The position numbers and the translations under genes are program-made. From positions 419,244,001-419,308,000 of the forward strand of contig OZ024740.1 of assembly GCA_964016885.1 (NCBI GenBank): 64,000 nt of DNA, read 5' to 3'. The notes under the pieces are model-generated. The model was not told the DNA's origin. It worked only from the letters and a program-made list of their open reading frames with translations, and made no database searches. This stretch comes from Eledone cirrhosa (lineage: Eukaryota). This document shows, one piece after another, positions 52,886 through 64,000 of the stretch (positions are counted from its first letter, which is position 1; each line of letters starts with the position of its first letter).

Positions 52886-53184
52886 GGAGGCACATGGCTT
52901 AATGGTTAGAGCATTGACCTTGCAATCGAAAGGTTGTGAGTTCAATTCTCAGACCGGGTGATGTGTTGTTTCCTTGAGCAAGACAATTTATTTCATGTTG
53001 CTCCAGTTTACTCAGCTGCAAAGTGGTCGTGGAGGTGCCACGGCAAAAAAGCACCCAGCACTCACTGTAAATGAGGTTGGTGTTAGGAAGGGCATCCAGC
53101 TGTAGAAATCAAGCCAGAATCAGTTCCCGTCCCACCCTTACAAGCAGGGAAAAGTGGACGTAAAATGAAATGATGGTGATGGTG

Positions 53185-53186
<2 letters not shown>
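52886..53186 (+). mobile_element. SINE family B copy
   Basis: Near-identical to 11065-11446 with an internal deletion; flanked by (TA)n. Confidence 0.85.
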
Positions 53187-53219
<33 letters not shown>

Positions 53220-53426
53220 TACACACTCTCACACAATACGCACACACACACACATATATGTGTATGTGTATTGTTAACTCAGATCATCTATTATTATTTC
53301 TGGTGCTGGTATAGATATTTTTACTGAAAGGAGCTGAGAGGTCTTTAAGAAAGACATACCTGTTCTCTGAGATAGGAGTGTACATAATAGCAGCCAAATA
53401 CAGAGTTACAGTCAGTGTTTATATAA

Positions 53427-56400
53427 GGTGGTATGCTGGTGCCATTACAAACAGTACCATGTCCACCTTGTATGGTGGTAGTGCTAGTGCCACTACAAAC
53501 AGTACCCTGTCCACCTTGTATGGAGGTAGTGTGGTGCCACTACAAACAGTACCCTGTCCACCTTGTATGGAGGTAGTGCTAGTGCCATGACAAACAGTAC
53601 CCTGTCCACCTTGTATGGTGGTAGTGCTGGTGCCATTACAAGCAGTACCCTGTCCACCTTGTATGGAGGTAGTGTGGTGCCACTACAAACAGTACCCTGT
53701 CTACCTTGTATGGTGGTAGTGCTAGTGCCATGACAAACAGTACCCTGTCCACCTTGTATGGAGGTAGTGTGGTGCCATTACAAACAGTACCCTGTCTACC
53801 TTGTATGGATGTAGTGCTGTTGCACCTACAAACAGTACCCTGTCCACCTTGTATGGTGGTAGTGCTGGTGCCACTACAAACAGTACCCTGTCCACCTTGT
53901 ATGGAGGTAGTGCTGGTGCCACTACAAACAGTACCCTGTCCACCTTGTATAGATGTAGTGCTGGTGCCACTACAAACAGTACCCTGTCCACCTTGTATGG
54001 AGGTAGTGTGGTGCCATTACAAACAGTACCCAGTCTACCTTGTATGGAGGTAGTGTGGTGCCATTACAAACAGTACCCGGTCTACCTTGTATGGAGGTAG
54101 TGCTGGTGCCATTACAAACAGTACCCTGTCCACCTTGTATGGTGGTAGTGCTAGTGCCATGACAAACAGTACCCTGTCCACCTTGTATGGTGGTAGTGCT
54201 GGTGCCATTACAAACAGTACCCTGTCTACCTTGTATGGAGGTAGTGCTAGTGCCACTACAAACATTACCCTGTCCACCTTGTATGGTGGTAGTGCTGGTG
54301 CCATTACAAACAGTACCCTGTCCACCTTGTATGGAGGTAGTGCTAGTGCCATTACAAACAGTACCCTGTCCACCTTGTATGGTGGTAGTGCTGGTGCCAC
54401 TACAAACAGTACCCTGTCCACCTTGTATGGAGGTAGTGCTGGTGCCACTACAAACAGTACCCTGTCTACCTTGTATGGAGGTAGTGCTAGTGCCACTACA
54501 AACATTACCCTGTCCACCTTGTATGGTGGTAGTGCTGGTGCCACTACAAACAGTACCCTGTCCACCTTGTATGGTGGTAGTGCTAGTGCCATTACAAACA
54601 GTACCCTGTCTACCTTGTATGGTGGTAGTGTGGTGCCACTACAAACAGTACCCTGTCCACCTTGTATGGAGGTAGTGCTAGTGCCACTACAAACAGTACC
54701 CTGTCCACCTTGTATGGAGGTAGTGCTAGTGCCATTACAAACAGTACCCTGTCCACCTTGTATGGTGGTAGTGCTAGTGCCACTACAAACAGTACCCTGT
54801 CTACCTTGTATGGTGGTAGTGTTAGTGCCACTACAAACAGTACCCTGTCTACCTTGTATGGAGGTAGTGCTAGTGCCATTACAAATAGTACCCTGTCCAC
54901 CTTGTATGGAGGTAGTGCTGGTGCCATTACAAACAGTACCCTGTCTACCTTGTATGGAGGTAGTGCTAGTGCCACTACAAACAGTACCCTGTCTACCTTG
55001 TATGGTGGTAGTGCTAGTGCCACTACAAACAGTACCCTGTCCACCTTGTATGGAGGTAGTGTTAGTGCCATTACAAACAGTACCCTGTCCACCTTGTATG
55101 GAGGTAGTGTGGTGCCACTACAAACAGTACCCTGTCTATCTTGTATGGAGGTAGTGCTAGTGCCACTACAAACAGTACCCTGTCCACCTTGTATGGAGGT
55201 AGTGTTAGTGCCATTACAAACAGTACCCTGTCCACCTTGTATGGAGGTAGTGTGGTGCCACTACAAACAGTACCCTGTCTACCTTGTATGGTGGTAGTGC
55301 TGGTGCCACTACAAACAGTACCCTGTCCACCTTGTATGGAGGTAGTGCTAGTGCCACTACAAACAGTACCCTGTCCACCTTGTATGGTGGTAGTGCTAGT
55401 GCCACTACAAACAGTACCCTGTCTACCTTGTATGGTGGTAGTGCTGGTGCCATTACAAACAGTACCCTGTCCACCTTGTATGGTGGTAGTGCTAGTGCCA
55501 CTACAAACAGTACCCTGTCCACCTTGTATGGAGGTAGTGCTAGTGCCACTACAAACAGTACCCTGTCCACCTTGTATGGTGGTAGTGCTAGTAATACTAC
55601 AAACAGTACCCTGTCTACCTTGTATGGAGGTAGTGCTAGTGCCACTACAAACATTACCCTGTCCACCTTGTATGGAGGTAGTGCTAGTGCCACTACAAAC
55701 AGTACCCTGTCCACCTTGTATGGAGGTAGTGCTACTGCCACTACAAACAGTACCCTGTCCACCTTGTATGGAGGTAGTGCTAGTGCCACTACAAACAGTA
55801 CCCTGTCTACCTTGTATGGAGGTAGTGCTAGTGCCACTACAAACAGTACCCTGTCCACCTTGTATGGAGGTAGTGCTAGTGCCACTACAAACAGTACCCT
55901 GTCTACCTTGTATGGAGGTAGTGCTAGTGCCACTACAAACAGTACCCTGTCCACCTTGTATGGAGGTAGTGCTAGTGCCACTACAAACAGTACCCTGTCT
56001 ACCTTGTATGGAGGTAGTGCTAGTGCCACTACAAACAGTACCCTGTCCACCTTGTATGGAGGTAGTGCTAGTGCCACTACAAACAGTACCCTGTCTACCT
56101 TGTATGGAGGTAGTGCTAGTGCCACTACAAACAGTACCCTGTCCACCTTGTATGGAGGTAGTGCTAGTGCCACTACAAACAGTACCCTGTCCACCTTGTA
56201 TGGAGGTAGTGCTAGTGCCACTACAAACAGTACCCTGTCTACCTTGTATGGAGGTAGTGCTAGTGCCACTACAAACAGTACCCTGTCTACCTTGTATGGA
56301 GGTAGTGCTGGTGCCATTACAAACAGTACCCTGTCCACCTTGTATGGAGGTAGTGCTGGTGCCACTACAAACAGTACCCTGTCTACCTTGTATGGAGGTA

Positions 56401-59400
56401 GTACTAGTGCCACTACAATCAGTACCCTGTCTACCTTGTATGGTGGTAGTGTTGGTGCCATTACAAACAGTACCCTGTCCACCTTGTATGGTGGTAGTGT
56501 TAGTGCCATTACAAACAGTACCCTGTCCACCTTGTATGGAGTTAGTGCTAGTGCCACTACAAACAGTACCCTGTCCACCTTGTATGGTGGTAGTGCTAGT
56601 GCCACTACAATCAGTACCCTGTCTACCTTGTATGGTGGTAGTGCTGGTGCCATTACAAACAGTACCCTGTCTACCTTGTATGGTGGTAGTGCTAGTGCCA
56701 TTACAAACAGTACCCTGTCCACCTTGTATGGTGGTAGTGTTAGTGCCATTACAAACAGTACCCTGTCCACCTTGTATGGAGTTAGTGCTAGTGCCACTAC
56801 AAACAGTACCCTGTCCACCTTGTATGGTGGTAGTGCTAGTGCCACTACAATCAGTACCCTGTCTACCTTGTATGGTGGTAGTGCTGGTGCCATTACAAAC
56901 AGTACCCTGTCCACCTTGTATGGTGGTAGTGTTAGTGCCATTACAAACAGTACCCTGTCCACCTTGTATGGAGTTAGTGCTAGTGCCACTACAAACAGTA
57001 CCCTGTCCACCTTGTATGGAGTTAGTGCTAGTGCCACTACAAACAGTACCCTGTCTACCTTGTATGGAGGTAGTGCTAGTGCCATTAAAAACAGTACCCT
57101 GTCTATATTGTATGGAGGTAGTGTGGTGCCACTACAAACAGTACCCTATCTACCTTGTATGGTGGTAGTGCTAGTACCACTACAAACAGTACCCTGTCCA
57201 CCTTGTATGGTGGTAGTGCTAGTGCCATTACAAACAGTACCCTGTCCACCTTGTATGGTGGTAGTGCTAGTGCCATTACAAACAGTACCCTGTCCACCTT
57301 ATATAGAGGTAGTGCTGGTGCCACTACAAACAGTACCGTGTCTACCTTGTATGGAGGTAGTGCTAGTGCCACTACAAACATTACCCTGTCCACCTTGTAT
57401 GGAGGTAGTGCTAGTGCCACTACAAACAGTACCCTGTCCACCTTGTATGGAGGTAGTGCTAGTGCCACTACAAACAGTACCCTGTCCACCTTGTATGGAG
57501 GTAGTGCTAGTGCCATTACAAACAGTACCCTGTCCACCTTGTATGGAGGTAGTGTGGTGCCACTACAAACAGTACCGTGTCTACCTTGTATGGAGGTAGT
57601 GCTAGTGCCACTACAAACAGTACCCTGTCCACCTTGTATGGAGGTAGTGCTAGTGCCACTACAAACATTACCCTGTCCACCTTGTATGGAGGTAGTGCTA
57701 GTGCCATTACAAACAGTACCCTGTCCACCTTGTATGGAGGTAGTGTGGTGCCACTACAAACAGTACCCTGTCCACCTCGTATGGTGGTAGTGTTAGTGCC
57801 ATTACAAACAGTACCCTGTACACCTTGTATGGAGGTAGTGTTAGTGCCACTACAAACAGTACCATGTCTACCTTGTATGGTGGTAGTTCTATTGCCACTA
57901 CAATCAGTACCATGTCCATCTTGTATGGTGGTAGTGCTAGTGCCACTACAAACAGTACCCTGTCTACCTTGTATGGAGGTAGTGCTAGTGCCACTACAAT
58001 CAGTACCCTGTCTACCTTGTATGGTGGTAGTGCTAGTGCCACTACAATCAGTATCCTGTCCACCTTGTATGGTGGTAGTGCTAGTGCCACTACAAACAGT
58101 ACCCTGTCCACCTTGTATGGAGGTAGTGTGGTGCCACTACAAACAGTACCTTGTCTACCTTGTATGGAGGTAGTGCTAGTGCCACTACAATCAGTATCCT
58201 GTCCACCTTGTATGGAGGTAGTGCTAGTGCCACTACAAACAGTACCCTGTCCACCTTGTATGGAGGTAGTGCTAGTAATACTACAAACAGTACCCTGTCT
58301 ACCTTGTATGGAGGTAGTGCTAGTAATACTACAAACAGTACCCTGTCTACCTTGTATGGAGGTAGTGTTAGTGTCATTACAAACAGTACCCTGTCTACCT
58401 TGTATGGTGGTAGTGTAGTGCCATTACAAACAGTACCCTGTCCACCTTGTATGGAGGTAGTGCTAGTGCCACTACAAACAGTACCCTGTCCACCTTGTAT
58501 GGAGGTAGTGCTGGTGCCACTACAAACAGTACCCTGTCCACCTTGTATGGAGGTAGTGCTGGTGCCACTACAAACAGTACCCTGTCCACCTTGTATGGAG
58601 GTAGTGCTGGTGCCACTACAAACAGTACCCTGTCCACCTTGTATGGTGGTAGTGCTGGGGCCACTACAAACAGTACCATGTCTACCTTGTATGGAGGTAG
58701 TGTTGGTGCCACTATAAACAGTACCTTGTCTACCTTGTATGGAGGTAGTGCTAGTGCCATTACAAACAGTACCCTGTCCACATTGTATGGAGGTAGTGCT
58801 AGTGCCATTACAAACAGTACCCTGTCTACCTTGTATGGAGGTAGTGCTAGTGCCACTACAAACAGTACCCTGTCCACCTTGTATGGTGGTAGTGCTGGTG
58901 CCATTACAAACAGTACCCTGTCCACCTTGTATGGAGGTAGTGCTAGTGCCATTACAAACAGTACCCTGTCCACTTTGTATGGAGGAAGTGTGGTGCCACT
59001 ACAAACAGTACCCTGCCCACCTTGTATGGTGGTAGTGCTAGTGCCACTACAAACAGTACCCTGTCTACCTTGTATGGTGGTAGTGCTAGTGCCACTACAA
59101 ACAGTACCCTGTCTACCTTGTATGGAGGTAGTGCTAGTGCCACTACAAACAGTACCCTGTCCACCTTGTATGGTGGTAGTGCTGGTGCCATTACAAACAG
59201 TACCCTGTCCACCTTGTATGGAGGTAGTGCTAGTGCCATTACAAACAGTACCCTGTCCACCTTGTATGGTGGTAGTGCTGGTGCCATTACAAACAGTACC
59301 CTGTCCACCTTGTATGGAGGTAGTGCTGGTGCCACTACAAACAGTACCCTGTCTACCTTGTATGGAGGTAGTACTAGTGCCACTACAATCAGTACCCTGT

Positions 59401-62400
59401 CCACCTTGTATGGAGGTAGTGCTAGTGCCACTACAAACAGTACCCTGTCTACCTTGTATGGAGGTAGTGCTAGTGCCATTACCAACAGTACCCTGTCCAC
59501 CTTGTATGGTGGTAGTGCTAGTGCCACTACAAACAGTACCCTGTCCACCTTGTATGGAGGTAGTGCTGGTGCAATTACAAACAGTACCATGTCCACCTTG
59601 TATGGAGGTAGTGTGGTGCCATTACAAACAGTACCCTGTCCACCTTGTATGGTGGTAGTGCTAGTGCCACTACAAACAGTACCCTGTCCACCTTGTATGG
59701 AGGTAGTGCTGGTGCAATTACAAACAGTACCCTGTCCACCTTGTATGGAGGTAGTGTGGTGCCACTACAAACAGTACCCTGTCCATCTTGTATGGAGGTA
59801 GTGTGGTGCCATTACAAACAGTACCCTGTCCACCTTGTATGGAGGTAGTGTTAGTGCCACTACAAACAGTACCCTGTCCACCTTGTATGGAGGTAGTGTG
59901 GTGCCATTACAAACAGTACCCTGTCCACCTTGTATGGAGGTAGTGTTAGTGCCACTACAAACAGTACCCTGTCCACCTTGTATGGAGGTAGTGTGGTGCC
60001 ATTACAAACAGTACCCTGTCCACCTTGTATGGAGGTAGTGTAGTGCCATTACAAACAGTACCCTGTCTACCTTGTATGGAGGTAGTGCTAGTGCCACTAC
60101 AATCAGTACCCTGTCCACCTTGTATGGAGGTAGTGCTGGTGCCATTACCAACAGTACCCTGTCCACCTTGTATGGTGGTAGTGTTAGTGTCATTACAAAC
60201 AGTACCCTGTCTACCTTGTATGGTGGTAGTGCTGGTGCCATTACAAACAGTACCCTGTCCACCTTGTATGGAGGTAGTGCTAGTGCCACTACAAACAGTA
60301 CCCTGTCCACCTTGTATGGAGGTAGTGCTAGTGCCACTACAAACAGTACCCTGTCTACCTTGTATGGAGGTAGTACTAGTGCCACTACAATCAGTACCCT
60401 GTCCACCTTGTATGGAGGTAGTGCTGGTGCCATTACCAACAGTACCCTGTCCACCTTGTATGGAGGTAGTGCTGGTGCCACTACAAACAGTACCCTGTCT
60501 ACCTTGTATGGTGGTAGTGCTAGTGCCACTACAAACAGTACCCTGTCCACCTTGTATGGAGGTAGTGTTAGTGTCATTACAAACAGTACCCTGTCCACCT
60601 TGTATGGAGGTAGTGTGGTGCCATTACAAACAGTACCCTGTCCACCTTGTATGGAGGTAGTGTGGTGCAATTACAAACAGTACCCTGTCCACCTTGTATG
60701 GAGGTAGTGTGGTGCCATTACAAACAGTACCCTGTCTACCTTGTATGGAGGTAGTGCTAGTGCCACTACAAACAGTACCCTGTCTACCTTGTATGGTGGT
60801 AGTGCTGGTGCCATTACAAGCAGTACCCTGTCCACCTTGTATGGAGGTAGTGCTGGTGCAATTACAAACAGTACCCTGTCCACCTTGTATGGAGGTAGTG
60901 TGGTGCCATTACAAACAGTACCCTGTCCACCTTGTATGGTGGTAGTGTGGGGCCATTACAAACAGTACCCTGTCTACCTTGTATGGAGGTAGTGCTAGTG
61001 CCACTACAAACAGTACCCTGTCTACCTTGTATGGAGGTAGTGCTAATTCCACTACAAACAGTACCCTGTCCACCTTGTATGGAGGTAGTGCTGGTGCCAC
61101 TACAAACAGTACCCTGTCCACCTTGTATGGTGGTAGTGTGGGGCCATTACAAACAGTACCCTGTCTACCTTGTATGGAGGTAGTGCTAGTGCCACTACAA
61201 TCAGTACCCTGTCTACCTTGTATGGAGGTAGTGCTAGTGCCACTACAAACAGTACCCTGTCTACCTTGTATGGAGGTAGTGCTAATTCCACTACAAACAG
61301 TACCCTGTCCACCTTGTATGGTGGTAGTGTGGGGCCATTACAAACAGTACCCTGTCTACCTTGTATGGAGGTAGTGCTAGTGCCACTACAAACAGTACCC
61401 TGTCCACCTTGTATGGTGGTAGTGTGGGGCCATTACAAACAGTACCCTGTCTACCTTGTATGGAGGTAGTGCTAGTGCCACTACAATCAGTACCCTGTCT
61501 ACCTTGTATGGAGGTAGTGCTAATTCCACTACAAACAGTACCCTGTCCACCTTGTATGGTGGTAGTGCTAGTGCCACTACAAACAGTACCCTGTCTACCT
61601 TGTATGGAGGTAGTGTGGTGCCATTACAAACAGTACCCTGTCCACCTTGTATGGTGGTAGTGTGGGGCCATTACAAACAGTACCCTGTCTACCTTGTATG
61701 GAGGTAGTGCTAGTGCCACTACAAACAGTACCCTGTCCACCTTGTATGGAGGTAGTGTGGTGCCACTACAAACAGTACCCTGTCTACCTTGTATGGTGGT
61801 AGTGTTAGTGCCACTACAAACAGTACCCTGTCCACCTTGTATGGAGGTAGTGTGGTGCCATTACAAACAGTACCCTGTCCACCTTGTATGGAAGTAGTGT
61901 GGTGCCAATACAAACAGTACCCTGTCCACCTTGTATGGTGGTAGTGCTAGTAATACTACAAACAGTACCCTGTCTACCTTGTATGGAGGTAGTGTTAGTG
62001 TCATTACAAACAGTACCCTGTCTACCTTGTATGGTGGTAGTGCTGGTGCCATTACAAACAGTACCCTGTCCACCTTGTATGGAGGTAGTGCTAGTGCCAC
62101 TACAAACAGTACCCTGTCCCACTTGTATGGAGGTAGTGCTGGTGCCACTACAAACAGTACCCTGTCCACCTTGTATGGAGGTAGTGCTGGTGCCACTACA
62201 AACAGTACCCTGTCTACCTTGTATGGAGGTAGTACTAGTGCCACTACAATCAGTACCCTGTCCACCTTGTATGGAGGTAGTGCTAGTGCCATTACCAACA
62301 GTACCCTGTCCACCTTGTATGGAGGTAGTGCTGGTGCCACTACAAACAGTACCCTGTCTACCTTGTATGGAGGTAGTACTAGTGCCACTACAATCAGTAC

Positions 62401-64000
62401 CCTGTCCACCTTGTATGGAGGTAGTGCTAGTGCCATTACCAACAGTACCCTGTCCACCTTGTATGGAGTTAGTGCTAGTGCCACTACAAACAGTACCCTG
62501 TCTACCTTGTATGGAGGTAGTGCTAGTGCCATTAAAAACAGTACCCTGTCTATATTGTATGGAGGTAGTGTGGTGCCACTACAAACAGTACCCTATCTAC
62601 CTTGTATGGTGGTAGTGCTAGTACCACTACAAACAGTACCCTGTCCACCTTGTATGGTGGTAGTGCTAGTGCCATTACAAACAGTACCCTGTCCACCTTG
62701 TATGGTGGTAGTGCTAGTGCCATTACAAACAGTACCCTGTCCACCTTATATAGAGGTAGTGCTGGTGCCACTACAAACAGTACCGTGTCTACCTTGTATG
62801 GAGGTAGTGCTAGTGCCACTACAAACAGTACCCTGTCCACCTTGTATGGAGGTAGTGCTAGTGCCATTACAAACAGTACCCTGTCCACCTTGTATGGAGG
62901 TAGTGCTAGTGCCACTACAAACAGTACCCTGTCCACCTTGTATGGAGGTAGTGCTAGTGCCACTACAAACAGTACTCTGTCCACCTTGTATGGTGGTAGT
63001 GTTAGTGCCATTACAAACAGTACCCTGTCCACCTTGTATGGAGGTAGTGTGGTGCCACTACAAACAGTACCCTGTCCACCTCGTATGGTGGTAGTGTTAG
63101 TGCCATTACAAACAGTACCCTGTACACCTTGTATGGAGGTAGTGTTAGTGCCACTACAAACAGTACCCTGTCTACCTTGTATGGTGGTAGTTCTATTGCC
63201 ACTACAATCAGTACCATGTCCATCTTGTATGGTGGTAGTGCTAGTGCCACTACAAACAGTACCCTGTCTACCTTGTATGGTGGTAGTGCTAGTGCCACTA
63301 CAATCAGTATCCTGTCCACCTTGTATGGTGGTAGTGCTAGTGCCACTACAAACAGTACCCTGTCCACCTTGTATGGAGGTAGTGTGGTGCCACTACAAAC
63401 AGTACCTTGTCTACCTTGTATGGAGGTAGTGCTAGTGCCACTACAATCAGTATCCTGTCCACCTTGTATGGAGGTAGTGTGGTGCCATTACAAACAGTAC
63501 CCTGTCCACCTTGTATGGAGGTAGTGCTAGTGCCACTACAAACAGTACCCTGTCCACCTTGTATGGAGGTAGTGCTAGTAATACTACAAACAGTACCCTG
63601 TCTACCTTGTATGGAGGTAGTGTTAGTGTCATTACAAACAGTACCCTGTCTACCTTGTATGGTGGTAGTGTAGTGCCATTACAAACAGTACCCTGTCCAC
63701 CTTGTATGGAGGTAGTGCTAGTGCCACTACAAACAGTACCCTGTCCACCTTGTATGGAGGTAGTGCTGGTGCCACTACAAACAGTACCCTGTCCACCTTG
63801 TATGGAGGTAGTGCTGGTGCCACTACAAACAGTACCCTGTCCACCTTGTATGGAGGTAGTGCTGCTGCCACTACAAACAGTACCCTGTCCACCTTGTATG
63901 GAGGTAGTGCTGGTGCCACTACAAACAGTACCCTGTCCACCTTGTATGGAGGTAGTGCTGGTGCCACTACAAACAGTACCCTGCCCACCTTGTATGGTGG
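53427..64000. repeat. 48/47-bp satellite, >=10.5 kb (~220 units), runs off the window end
   Basis: Unit GGAGGTAGTGCT(A/G)GTGCCA(C/T)TACAAACAGTACCCTGTC(C/T)ACCTTGTAT with an interspersed 47-bp variant (GTAGTGTGGTG). Confidence 0.97.

Noticed and set aside
53378-63988. Dozens of long ORFs (up to 771 aa)
   Set aside because: They are products of a stop-free 48-bp satellite, open in several frames on both strands, with frequent frameshifting units.

Overview
AT-rich animal genomic DNA; the repeat families look like those of octopus or another cephalopod (inference). The window holds nine internal + strand coding exons (990-26299) of ASCC3, a Ski2/Brr2-like tandem helicase. They encode the first Sec63 domain and the start of the second helicase cassette, all with GT-AG junctions and consistent phases. 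No further exon is visible, so the last intron is >37 kb. The introns contain RTE and CR1-type LINEs, tRNA-derived SINEs, TTAA- and TA-type MITEs, a non-autonomous Helitron, and satellites with 23, 45, 48, 51 and 71 bp units. Four observations stand out. (1) A ~48-51 bp hairpin module from the RTE 5' UTR appears at every stage of amplification, from single copy to the >10 kb satellite. (2) A C4HC3 PHD finger is inserted inside the RT of the resident RTE family. (3) A SINE carries both the 5' UTR module and the exact 3' tail of that RTE. (4) A Lys codon replaces a conserved Glu at an ASCC3 exon junction and could be corrected by A-to-I editing. Repeat boundaries and copy numbers are estimated by eye.
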